DNA from: Vicinamibacteria bacterium
GTDB lineage: Bacteria > Acidobacteriota > Vicinamibacteria > Marinacidobacterales > Marinacidobacteraceae
DNA length: 64,000 nucleotides
Assembly (NCBI GenBank): GCA_964291235.2
Contig: OZ219816.1
Location: 1,824,001-1,888,000, forward strand
Direction of reading: 5' to 3'
The notes below the pieces were generated by a model that saw only the letters and a program-made list of their open reading frames with translations, did no database searches and was not told the origin of the DNA. Below, piece after piece: positions 19,951 through 28,896 of the stretch. The first letter of the stretch is position 1. Each line of letters opens with the position of its first letter. Made by a program: the position numbers and the translations under genes.

Positions 19951-22186
19951 GCGCCCGCCTCCCGAAGTCGAATCCCGGATACGGCAGCCGCTCGTGGTGG
20001 ATGCCCTGCAGGGTCGAAAGGAAGCTCGCGCGGATACTCGCCATGTTCGCGAGCGTCAGGTCGCATTCGACCAGTTGATCGTCCTCGACGATCGCGCTCG
20101 TGATGCGGTCGATCACCTGCTCGAAATCGGCCGGGGTCGCGTTCTTCAGGCTCCGCGCGGCCGCTTCGATGCTGTCGGCCATCATGATGATGGCGGCCTC
20201 ACGGGTCTGCGGGCGGGGGCCCGCATAGCGAAAGAGGCTCTCGTCGGCTTCGGAACCGTTGCGGGCCGCGGCCGCCTTCGCCTTCTCGTAAAACACCTTG
20301 ATGAGGCGAGTTCCGTGATGCTGCGGGATGACGTCCACGATGTCCTTGGGAAGGTTGAGCCGCTCGGCGGCTTCGATTCCTTCGGTGACGTGGCGGCGGA
20401 TGATGTCCGCGCTCTTTTCCGGCGGCAGGAGGTCGTGAGGCGTCTCGCCCCGCATGTTCTCGACGAAATACCCGGCGCGGTGCAGCTTTCCGATGTCGTG
20501 GTAGAGGGCTGCCGTCGCACAGAAGGTGGAGTTCGCCCCGATCGCGTCGGCGGCGGACTCGGAAAGCATCCCCACCGTCACGCTGTGCTGGTAGGTCCCG
20601 GGCGCCGTAAGCGCGAGTTGGCGCAGCAGTGGGTTATCGCGCTGCGACAGTTCCATGAGCCGCATCTCGCTGGTGCGCTCGAAGACCGCCTCCAGAACCG
20701 GCAGCAGGAGGATCACGAGCGGACCGGCGAGGAGTCCGCCGACAAAGGCGCTGGCCGCTTCCAGGAGCAGCCTCGACACGCCGCCGAAGTCGCCGGTCAC
20801 GAGTTCCATGGCGACGACCAGTGGAGCCCCCAGCAGGCCGACCAGAGTTCCGACGCGGAGCAGCTGGGCGCGGCGCTGTGAGATCTTGTAGATGAAGATG
20901 GCGCCGAAACCGGTCAGCAGGGCGAAGAGGGCCAGCTTCAGGTTACCGGTCATCAGCGCCAGGGTCGCCGCAAAGAGCCCCTGGGTGAGCACCGCGGACT
21001 GCTGCGTCTCGAGCATCACCACCAGCAGCGCCAAAGCGGCAAACGGCACACCCCACAGATAGACCGTCGGGTCCGAAAATGGCTCGCTCACCAACTGGGC
21101 TGCCGCTCCCCGGCCGACGAAGCCAAGGACACGGGTCAGGGTCAGATGCAGGACGATCAGGAGGCCGCACAAGGCGAACGCCTGACCTGCCCAAGTCTCG
21201 TTCCGGCGTGCCGGAACCAGCATGACCCCGAGGAGCACCGCAACCCCGAGGGCAAAGACGAGCGCACCGACTCCAGCCCATCCGGACGCTCCCACGCGGG
21301 GGGTGCGCATCCGCTCCATCTGCTGGTGGGCGAGTTCGGTTACCTCGTCGCCGGCGCGGACCAGGGTGCGCCCGCGCCGCACCTGGATGACGACCGGATC
21401 CACCGATTGCTCCGCTTCGGAACGGAGGTGGGTGGTCTCCACGGTGTTGGGCTCGAGCGTGGGGCGCATGAACCGCGCGGCCAGCCCGGCCAGCGTCCGG
21501 CGGCGCGTCCGATTCAGTTCGGAGAGAGCGAGAATCTGTTGCTCCGCCGCTCGCTCCGCTTCTCCCACCGAGAGCACGTTCGTGAAGTCAGCCAGCGGTA
21601 CGGTTTCCCCCGACCGTGGATCACGACGAAGGACGGAGCGCCCCAGAGCGGCGACCGCCCCCTTCTCGGCGAGAATGTCACGCGCGAGCACGCTGGCCAC
21701 GGTATCCGCCAGGTTCTGCTGGATTTCCTCGGCGAACTCCGACTCCACCAACAGTTGGAGTTGGGCCAGGGTGACCTCGACGCCGAGCATGTCGGCGAAC
21801 GTCTCGGCGAAATCGGGTTCTCCCGCGATGTCGGACTCGACCGCGGCCCGTCCGAAGTCAAAACCGCGGACAATCCGGGTCCGGCTCTCGTCGCGGGCCT
21901 GGGAATCGAAGTCATAGACCTCGGGCACCTGTTCCACCGCTTCCCGGCGGCGCGCTTCGGTGGTGGCCGCGTCTTCGTAGGTGAAATCCTCGGTGGCCCG
22001 CACCGTGCGCGGCGCAATCTCCCCCACTTCATAGAGGGGGGTTCTGAGCCCGAGTCCGGGCCAGATGAGGAGTCCCAGGGCCACGGCGAGGAGGGCGGTG
22101 ACCACGTGAGTGCGAGCGAACAGTCGGTCCCGCTGCCGGTACAGGAAGCCGCGCAGCGAGAAGTTCGCAAGACGGTCCGTTTTCAT
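19943..22186 (-). CDS. 7TM-HDIG phosphohydrolase (PgpH-like cyclic-di-AMP phosphodiesterase family)
   Basis: Large extracytoplasmic domain, about 7 TM helices, APGTYQHS, YHDIGK, YF.EN, QHHGT, FRY.GP.P and ADS.EAA.RS. Confidence 0.88.
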   Translation of the reverse strand: MKTDRLANFSLRGFLYRQRDRLFARTHVVTALLAVALGLLIWPGLGLRTPLYEVGEIAPRTVRATEDFTYEDAATTEARRREAVEQVPEVYDFDSQARDESRTRIVRGFDFGRAAVESDIAGEPDFAETFADMLGVEVTLAQLQLLVESEFAEEIQQNLADTVASVLARDILAEKGAVAALGRSVLRRDPRSGETVPLADFTNVLSVGEAERAAEQQILALSELNRTRRRTLAGLAARFMRPTLEPNTVETTHLRSEAEQSVDPVVIQVRRGRTLVRAGDEVTELAHQQMERMRTPRVGASGWAGVGALVFALGVAVLLGVMLVPARRNETWAGQAFALCGLLIVLHLTLTRVLGFVGRGAAAQLVSEPFSDPTVYLWGVPFAALALLVVMLETQQSAVLTQGLFAATLALMTGNLKLALFALLTGFGAIFIYKISQRRAQLLRVGTLVGLLGAPLVVAMELVTGDFGGVSRLLLEAASAFVGGLLAGPLVILLLPVLEAVFERTSEMRLMELSQRDNPLLRQLALTAPGTYQHSVTVGMLSESAADAIGANSTFCATAALYHDIGKLHRAGYFVENMRGETPHDLLPPEKSADIIRRHVTEGIEAAERLNLPKDIVDVIPQHHGTRLIKVFYEKAKAAAARNGSEADESLFRYAGPRPQTREAAIIMMADSIEAAARSLKNATPADFEQVIDRITSAIVEDDQLVECDLTLANMASIRASFLSTLQGIHHERLPYPGFDFGRRARA

Positions 22187-22221
22187 TGCGCTGTCCCGGG
22201 TTGGTCCTCTAGTCGATCTCG

Positions 22222-23238
22222 CTAACGTGGCTCGGCGAAGACCGGCGGCGCGGCGAAGTCGTCGGCGCGCCGGGACCGGTTGCGGGCCTGATCGCTTCGG
22301 GCATAGGCGCGCACGATGGCCTGCACCAGCCGGTGCCGCACCACATCGCTGTCTTCAAGCCGGACCAGGCCCACTCCGTCCAGATCCCCGATCACCCCGA
22401 GGGACTCGACGAGCCCGCTGACCCGCCCCGGCGGGAGGTCGTTCTGGGTGATGTCGCCGGTCACCACCGCGCGCGTTCCGTTGCCCATGCGGGTCAGGAA
22501 CATCTTCATCTGTTCCGAAGTGGTGTTTTGCGCCTCGTCGAGAATTATGAAGGCGTCGTTGAGCGTCCGTCCCCGCATGAAGGCGATTGGCGCGATCTCG
22601 ATCACTCCGCGTTCCCTGAGCCGCTGCGCCCTGTCCGTGTCCATCATGTCGTGGAGGGCGTCGTAGAGGGGCCGGAGATACGGATCCACCTTGTCGATGA
22701 GATCGCCCGGAAGAAATCCCAGTTTCTCGCCGGCCTCCACCGCCGGGCGCGTGAGCACGATGCGCCGCACCTGGTGGTTCCTAAGCGCCTCCACGGCCAC
22801 CGCCATCGCGAGCCAGGTCTTGCCGGTCCCGGCCGGGCCGACCCCAAGCACGAGTTCCTTGGCGCGAAGAGCCCGGATGTACTCCAGTTGGCGAAGGCTC
22901 CGCGGCCTCACGATCTTGCCCGGCGCCGGCGTCACCACGGTCTCGACGAAGTACTCGCGCAGCGAAGCGCCGGGATCCTGGCCCAGGATGCGAATGGCCG
23001 CGCGCAGGTCCCCGATCCGGTAGCGCTGGCCGAGATCCCCGCGAAGCGCCGCCAGCCCTTCGAGCGCGGTGGCCAGGAGGGCGATCCGGTCCTCCGGGCC
23101 TTCCGCCAGCAGGATGTCTCCCCGGCTCGCGAGCGTGAGGCCGAGGTCGTGCTCGAGCGAGCGAAGGTTGCGGTCGCGAATCCCGAAGAAGGAGAGTCCT
23201 CCCTCGCCGGGGATGGGGATTCGAGTCATGGATTGCAA
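22222..23238 (-). CDS. PhoH-like ATPase (YbeZ)
   Basis: GPAGTGKT, LTRPAVEAGEKLGFLPG, DPYLRPLYD, FMRGRTL, DEAQN and DVVRH motifs. Confidence 0.95.
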   Translation of the reverse strand: MQSMTRIPIPGEGGLSFFGIRDRNLRSLEHDLGLTLASRGDILLAEGPEDRIALLATALEGLAALRGDLGQRYRIGDLRAAIRILGQDPGASLREYFVETVVTPAPGKIVRPRSLRQLEYIRALRAKELVLGVGPAGTGKTWLAMAVAVEALRNHQVRRIVLTRPAVEAGEKLGFLPGDLIDKVDPYLRPLYDALHDMMDTDRAQRLRERGVIEIAPIAFMRGRTLNDAFIILDEAQNTTSEQMKMFLTRMGNGTRAVVTGDITQNDLPPGRVSGLVESLGVIGDLDGVGLVRLEDSDVVRHRLVQAIVRAYARSDQARNRSRRADDFAAPPVFAEPR

Positions 23239-23261
23239 CTTGGCGGGAGCAGGCGACAGAG

Positions 23262-23452
23262 ATTCGTCTTCCGCGTCCGCCGGGGGACGGAGGAATCCCG
23301 CACTCCGGCGGAATTCTCGGGGGCAGATCCGGTGGTGAACGGACCGCGTGGTCGGCTCAGCACGGAATACGGCGAAGGCCGGGGCGGGAGACGTGGTCCG
23401 CCACGCACTTCATGGACATCACCACGCTAACACCGGGGGTCGAGCGGATCAA
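23262..23452 (-). promoter_or_regulatory. Promoter and structured leader / candidate ncRNA between aspS and phoH
   Basis: TTGATC-17-TAGCGT (23452-23424) with an extended TG, followed by two long hairpins. Confidence 0.4.
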
Positions 23453-23492
23453 GTGGAGGCCGACCCAGCTCCCCGGTGGGGTTCCTGCGCGA

Positions 23493-25274
23493 TCAGTCTT
23501 CGTCCGGGTTCGCCCTGGTCCCCAGCGCAACTCCCACCTCGTCGAGTTGCGACGGTTCCACCCCCGCCGGGGATCCGGTCATCAGGTCGGTCGCCGAGGT
23601 GGTCTTCGGGAACGCGATCACGTCCCGGAGACTCCGACTTCCCGAGGCCAACATGGCGATCCGGTCGAAGCCAAGCGCGATCCCGCCGTGCGGCGGAGTG
23701 CCGTATTCCAGAGCCTCCAGGAAGAACCCAAAGCGTTCCGCGGCCTCCGCGGCCGGGATTTCCAGCGCCTCGAACACCCGCTGCTGCATCTCGCGGCTGT
23801 GGATCCGGATGCTCCCCCCACCAAGCTCAAAGCCGTTCGCGATCACGTCGTAGGCGAGCGAACGCACGCTGAGGGGCTCCGTGGCGAGGCGGTCGAGATC
23901 GTCGGGATGCGGGCTCGTGAAGGGGTGGTGGACCGACGTGAGGCGGCCTTCCGATTGCGAATAGTCGAAGAGGGGAAACTCGGTGACCCAGGCCATGGCG
24001 AACTGCCCGGGCGAGGTCCAGCCCTCGCTCGCCGCGAGCTGCCGCCGGAGCGCGCCGAGCGCCTCGCACGCCATCTTCGCCTCGCCGGCCACCATGAGGA
24101 GGAGGTCCGAGGGGCCGCCGCCCGCCGCCTCCAGCAGCGTCCGGAGCCGATCGGCGCCGACGGTCTTCACGAGCGGCGAGCGGACCTCGCCGTCCCGAAA
24201 GGCTGCCCAGAGGAGGCCCCCGGCGCCGGCTTCGATCGCCGCCGCCTGCAGGCCGTCGAGCCTCTTCCGGGAAAAGCCGGCGCACCCGGGCGCCGCGATC
24301 CCCCGGACGGTGTCACCGGCGCCAACCACCCGATCCAGCAACGGGTGACCGGACCCGCGTACCAGATCGGTGAGGTCGATGATCTCGGCGCCGTAGCGGA
24401 GGTCGGGACGATCCACTCCGTAGCGATCCATCGCCTGCTGGTAGGTGAATCGGGGAAAAGGAGGCTTGACCTCGATCCCCACGGCGCCGAGGGCGCGCTC
24501 GAAGAGACCCTCGGTGATCTCGATGACCTGCTCCGGATCGGCAAAGGACATCTCCACATCGACCTGGGTGAATTCCGGCTGGCGATCCGCCCGCAGGTCC
24601 TCGTCGCGGAAACAGCGAACGATCTGGTAGTAGCGATCGGTACCGCCGACCATCAGCAATTGCTTGAAGAGCTGGGGCGACTGCGGAAGAGCGTAAAACC
24701 GGCCTCGATGGACCCTCGACGGCACCAGATAGTCCCGGGCGCCCTCCGGAGTGGACCGGGTCAGGAACGGGGTCTCGACCTCCAGGAACCCGTGGCCGTC
24801 GAGGTGGCTGCGGATCTCGGTGGCCAGCCGGCCGCGAATCCGCAGGTTTCGCTGCAGTCTCGGGTTCCTGAGGTCCAGGTAGCGGTAACGCAGGCGAAGA
24901 TCTTCGGCCACCCCCTCCGAATCCGTCGGCGAGAAGGGAGGCGTGCGGGCCTCGCTCAAGACGTGGAGGCGCTCGGCTTCCACCTCGATCGTGCCGGTCC
25001 GGATTCCCGGATTGACCGTTCCCGGCTCCCGGGCGAGCACGAGGCCTTCGACGGCGATCACCCACCAGGCTCCGAGGCGCTTGGCCTCCGCGGCCGGCCC
25101 GGACCCGGGTCGGACCACGATCTGCGTCACGCCGCGATAGTCGCGGAGATCGAGGAACAAGAGTCCTCCGAGGTCCCGAATCCGTTCCACCCATCCCATC
25201 AGAACGACGCGGCTGCCCGCCTGCTCGAGCCCGAGGGCGGAACAGTGATGGGTGGGGCGGGTAGGAAGGTTCAC
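23493..25274 (-). CDS. aspS: Aspartate--tRNA ligase
   Basis: RDLGG..F.DLRD, RLRYRYLDLR, STPEGARDY, LPQSPQLFKQ, CFRDEDLR.DRQPEFTQ and YG.PPHGG.A.G.DR; GTG start at 25274. Confidence 0.97.
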   Translation of the reverse strand: MNLPTRPTHHCSALGLEQAGSRVVLMGWVERIRDLGGLLFLDLRDYRGVTQIVVRPGSGPAAEAKRLGAWWVIAVEGLVLAREPGTVNPGIRTGTIEVEAERLHVLSEARTPPFSPTDSEGVAEDLRLRYRYLDLRNPRLQRNLRIRGRLATEIRSHLDGHGFLEVETPFLTRSTPEGARDYLVPSRVHRGRFYALPQSPQLFKQLLMVGGTDRYYQIVRCFRDEDLRADRQPEFTQVDVEMSFADPEQVIEITEGLFERALGAVGIEVKPPFPRFTYQQAMDRYGVDRPDLRYGAEIIDLTDLVRGSGHPLLDRVVGAGDTVRGIAAPGCAGFSRKRLDGLQAAAIEAGAGGLLWAAFRDGEVRSPLVKTVGADRLRTLLEAAGGGPSDLLLMVAGEAKMACEALGALRRQLAASEGWTSPGQFAMAWVTEFPLFDYSQSEGRLTSVHHPFTSPHPDDLDRLATEPLSVRSLAYDVIANGFELGGGSIRIHSREMQQRVFEALEIPAAEAAERFGFFLEALEYGTPPHGGIALGFDRIAMLASGSRSLRDVIAFPKTTSATDLMTGSPAGVEPSQLDEVGVALGTRANPDED

Positions 25275-25296
25275 GGTCGGGGACTCCGGTCGCTCT

Positions 25297-25824
25297 TCAG
25301 GAGACGGCCTCGGCCCGCTCGCCGAGATAGCGGTCCTTGAGTTCGACGTAGCGCGCTGCGGAATCGGCGAGATGGGCAATCTCGGCATCGGTGAGGGGCC
25401 GCACGACCCTTCCGGGAACACCACGGACGAGGACCCGTGGCGGCACCTGAAGTCCGGGCGGCACTACCGCGCCAGCCGCCACCATGGCTTCCTCGCCAAC
25501 CGAGACCCCGTCCAGGACCACCGAGCCCATACCGATCAGGCTGCGCCGCCCCAGATGACATCCGTGGAGGATCGCCTGGTGTCCGACGGTCACCTCCTGC
25601 TCGACGGTCGTGGACTCCGCGCCGGCGTTCACATGCACCACGACCCCGTCCTGGAGGTTGGATCGCGCGCCGACCCGGATGAAGTTCACGTCACCGCGAA
25701 GGACCGCGGAAAACCAGATCGAAACGTCCTCACCGAGCTCGACATCGCCGATGACGGCGGCGCCCGGAGCCACGAAGGCGCTGGGCGGAACAAGCGGAGT
25801 GTGACCGCTGAACGAGTGGATCAT
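25297..25824 (-). CDS. Gamma carbonic anhydrase family protein
   Basis: Hexapeptide repeats, VLRGD, SNLQDG.VVH, VTVGH.A.LHGC and G.P.RVVR; start may lie further upstream. Confidence 0.9.
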   Translation of the reverse strand: MIHSFSGHTPLVPPSAFVAPGAAVIGDVELGEDVSIWFSAVLRGDVNFIRVGARSNLQDGVVVHVNAGAESTTVEQEVTVGHQAILHGCHLGRRSLIGMGSVVLDGVSVGEEAMVAAGAVVPPGLQVPPRVLVRGVPGRVVRPLTDAEIAHLADSAARYVELKDRYLGERAEAVS

Positions 25825-26157
25825 GGGAATTGGGAGGCGTATGCCGGCTGGGGTGGATTCGGCTCCTTGCGCAGCCGGACCACCGCCATCGCCCTCGATC
25901 GTCATCCCGGCGCCGCCGGCCGGGGACTCCGCAAACGCTCGCCGGATGAGGACAAGCACTCCCGGAATCCGCCCTCTCCGGGCCGGTTCGGAAGGCCGGT
26001 TCGGGAGGCCGGATCCGACAGGAAGGTGGGCCGCGCCAACGCTACGAGCGGCGCGGAGAGTACCACGCCCGTTGGCTACAATGCGGGAGCGACAACGCCC
26101 CCCGCACTCCTTCGCGTGGCATCCTCAGGTCCCCTTCCCCGCTCCGCCGCACAGCGC

Positions 26158-27003
26158 ATGCTGAAGGCCGTCCGGGATTTGATGACGCCGCCCGGACCGG
26201 CTATCAGTCCCATCACCGGACTTCCGGTGGAACACATCGACGCGCACGCCGGCCGGCGTGGCTTCGCCTCCGCGATGACCGTGCATGGCGCGATCCTCGC
26301 AATGGTCGTGTTCGGCTGGTTCGCGGCGGAAGAACTTGAGGAATCCGGATTCGATCTCCCGGGGCTCGTGTTCCTCGTGCAGGAGGGCCCCGGAGGCGGC
26401 GGGGGCGGGGGCGGTGACGAGACCGAGGCGGAACCGCTCGATACCCAGACGGTGAACACACAGAACGTTCCCGAACCTGAGGAACTGGTCCTGCAGGATC
26501 CCGAAGCCACCGCGGAGCAGATTCTGGAGGACGCCATCAACGCCCCCTTCGCTCCGGATCCCGATGCGCTCGCCGGACTCATCCGCGACGCCTCGGACCT
26601 CGTATTCGCGGGTCCCGGCCGCAATCGCGGCGCCGGCACCGGCCAGGGAGGCGGGCTCGGTGAGGGCGACGGCGACGGGATGGGCGAAGGCACCGGTGGC
26701 GGCTTCGGCGGCGGCGCTTACCGGATCGGCAGCGGCGTCGATCCGCCGCAGCTGCGCCGCCGCGTCACCCCCGAATACACCGACGACGCCCTCGCGCGGA
26801 AGATCGAGGGCATCGTGATCCTCGAGGTGGTGATTCTGAAGAGCGGCCGCGTGGGGCCGGCCCGGATCATCCGCAGCCTCGATGCGGGACTCGACGCCAA
26901 GGCGGTTGCCGCGGTACGGGAATGGACGTTCCAGCCCGGCCGCTTCCGGGGCGAGGCGGTGGACGTCCTCGCCGAGATCGAGGTGGAGTTCCGGCTCCTC
27001 TGA
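26158..27003 (+). CDS. tonB: Energy transducer TonB
   Basis: TM with S...H motif, Gly-rich linker, C-terminal PEYT..A...IEG.V.L.V...G.V...GLD..A..AV..W.F.P. Confidence 0.85.
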   Translation: MLKAVRDLMTPPGPAISPITGLPVEHIDAHAGRRGFASAMTVHGAILAMVVFGWFAAEELEESGFDLPGLVFLVQEGPGGGGGGGGDETEAEPLDTQTVNTQNVPEPEELVLQDPEATAEQILEDAINAPFAPDPDALAGLIRDASDLVFAGPGRNRGAGTGQGGGLGEGDGDGMGEGTGGGFGGGAYRIGSGVDPPQLRRRVTPEYTDDALARKIEGIVILEVVILKSGRVGPARIIRSLDAGLDAKAVAAVREWTFQPGRFRGEAVDVLAEIEVEFRLL

Positions 27004-27007
27004 CTCC

Positions 27008-27493
27008 ATGACCGAACGACCGCGCCACTACTGGCTCATGAAAAGCGAACCGGAGGCGTACAGCCTCGACGATCTCGAGCGGGACGGCTGGACCCACTGG
27101 GACGGCGTCCGCAACTTCAAGGCCCGCAACTACATGAAGGAAATGGAGATCGGGGACGGGGTGCTCTTCTACCACTCGAACGCGAAGCCGCCCGGCATCG
27201 CCGGAGTGGCGCGGGTGTGCCGTCTCGCCTATCCCGATTTCACCCAGTTCGACCCGGACTCCAAGTACCACGATCCCCGCGCCACCGAGGAAAAGCCCTG
27301 GTGGTACATGGTGGACATCGAGTTCGTGGCGCGCTTTCCCGAAGAGATTCCCCTGCCCGTCCTGCGGACGCTGCCGGAAATCGCCGGCATGTCACTCCTG
27401 AAGCGGGGCCAGCGCCTCTCCGTCCAGCGGGTGACGCCCGAGGAGTGGACATTCCTCCTCGAGTTCGGCGGCGTGAGCGACGCTCCGCTCTAG
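27008..27493 (+). CDS. EVE domain protein
   Basis: YWLMKSEP, WDGVRN..ARN, FYHSN, YPD.TQFD..S.Y.D and RLSVQ.V motifs. Confidence 0.93.
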   Translation: MTERPRHYWLMKSEPEAYSLDDLERDGWTHWDGVRNFKARNYMKEMEIGDGVLFYHSNAKPPGIAGVARVCRLAYPDFTQFDPDSKYHDPRATEEKPWWYMVDIEFVARFPEEIPLPVLRTLPEIAGMSLLKRGQRLSVQRVTPEEWTFLLEFGGVSDAPL

Positions 27494-27560
27494 CCGTCGT
27501 CATCCGGCGCCCCGGCCCAGTCCGCCTCGGTACACTCGCGCGGTCCTGACGGAGGTTTCC

Positions 27561-28862
27561 ATGGTGTACCGCGCTTTTGCCGTAGTCCTTCTCACTCTGC
27601 TGGCAGCGCCCGGCGCGGCGCAGGAGCTCGGCGTCTGGGACGACCGCATCCAGGAGGCCGTTTCCGGTCTCGAGGAAGAAACGGTCGCTTTCCGGGAGCA
27701 CGTCCACGAGCATCCGGAACTGGGGAACCGCGAGTTCGAGACGGCACGGATGGTCGCGGAACACCTCCGCGGCCTCGGGTTCGACGAGGTGCGCGAGGGG
27801 ATCGCCCATACCGGCGTGGTCGGCATCCTGAAGGGTGGCAAGCCCGGTGCAGTGGTGGCGGTGCGGGCCGACATGGACGCCCTGCCGGTCACCGAGGACA
27901 CCGACCTGCCGTTCGCGTCCAAGGTGCGCGCCACCTACAACGAGCAGGAGGTCGGAGTGATGCACGCCTGCGGACACGACGTCCACACCGCGGTGCAGTA
28001 CGGCGTGGCGTCGGTGCTCGCCGGCATGCGCGAGGACATCCCGGGCACCATCATGTTCATCTTCCAGCCGGCCGAGGAAGGGCCGCCACCCGGAGAAGAA
28101 GGTGGCGCGGAAGTGATGGTCGCGGAAGGGGTCTTCGAGGACCCGCGGCCCCAGGCGATCTTCGGCCTCCACACGCTCTCCGGGCTGCCCCTCGGAGTGA
28201 TCGGCTACACGCCCGGGCCGGCGCTCGCCGCGGTGGATCACTTCAAGGCCACCATCACCGGCGTCCAGACCCACGGAGCGCAGCCGCAGGCGGGTGTGGA
28301 CCCCATCGTGATGGCGTCTCAGGCGATCCTTTCGCTACAGACGATTGCGTCGCGCAACGTTCACCCCTTGCAGCCGGTGGTGGTGACGGTCGGCATGGTC
28401 CACGGAGGCCAGCGCTTCAACATCATTCCCGAGGCGGTGGACATCGAGGGCACGGTCCGCACCTACGACCCGGAGGTGCGGGACCTGGTCGAAGCGCGGA
28501 TGAACGAGGTGCTCGGCGGCATCACCGTGTCCGGAGGCGGGTCGTATTCGCTTACCTACGACCGCGGCTCTCCCGCCACGATCAACGACCGCGAGTTGAC
28601 CGCCGAAATGATCGGCACGGTGCGGGAGATCGCGGGCGCCGAGAACACCCGGGAACTCGACCCGACGATGGGCGGCGAGGATTTCTCCTATTTCGCGAAT
28701 GAGGTGCCGGGATTCTTCTACCGGCTCGGCATCCACCGCGAGGGCACCAGGACGGGTCCCCACCACTCCCCGTTCTTCCGCGCCGACAACGCCTCGGTGG
28801 CAATCGGCATGCGGGTCATGTCCAACCTGCTGATCGACTACCTCCTCCGCAACGCCCCGTAG
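27561..28862 (+). CDS. M20D family amidohydrolase (secreted)
   Basis: Signal peptide; HEHPELGNREFET, RADMDALP, MHACGHD, FQPAEE and GEDFS motifs. Confidence 0.92.
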   Translation: MVYRAFAVVLLTLLAAPGAAQELGVWDDRIQEAVSGLEEETVAFREHVHEHPELGNREFETARMVAEHLRGLGFDEVREGIAHTGVVGILKGGKPGAVVAVRADMDALPVTEDTDLPFASKVRATYNEQEVGVMHACGHDVHTAVQYGVASVLAGMREDIPGTIMFIFQPAEEGPPPGEEGGAEVMVAEGVFEDPRPQAIFGLHTLSGLPLGVIGYTPGPALAAVDHFKATITGVQTHGAQPQAGVDPIVMASQAILSLQTIASRNVHPLQPVVVTVGMVHGGQRFNIIPEAVDIEGTVRTYDPEVRDLVEARMNEVLGGITVSGGGSYSLTYDRGSPATINDRELTAEMIGTVREIAGAENTRELDPTMGGEDFSYFANEVPGFFYRLGIHREGTRTGPHHSPFFRADNASVAIGMRVMSNLLIDYLLRNAP

Positions 28863-28896
28863 CCCCGGGCCGGCGGCTCCGTTCCGGTGGCCGTCC

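Noticed and set aside
23493-25274. Calling AspS discriminating versus non-discriminating
   Set aside because: The diagnostic residues look mixed (RDLGG, but Gly in the following loop), so it cannot be decided without an alignment.
25252-26157. 583-aa TonB ORF
   Set aside because: The first ~300 codons are antisense to the gamma-CA gene and its leader; a -10 hexamer and the TM anchor place the start at 26158.
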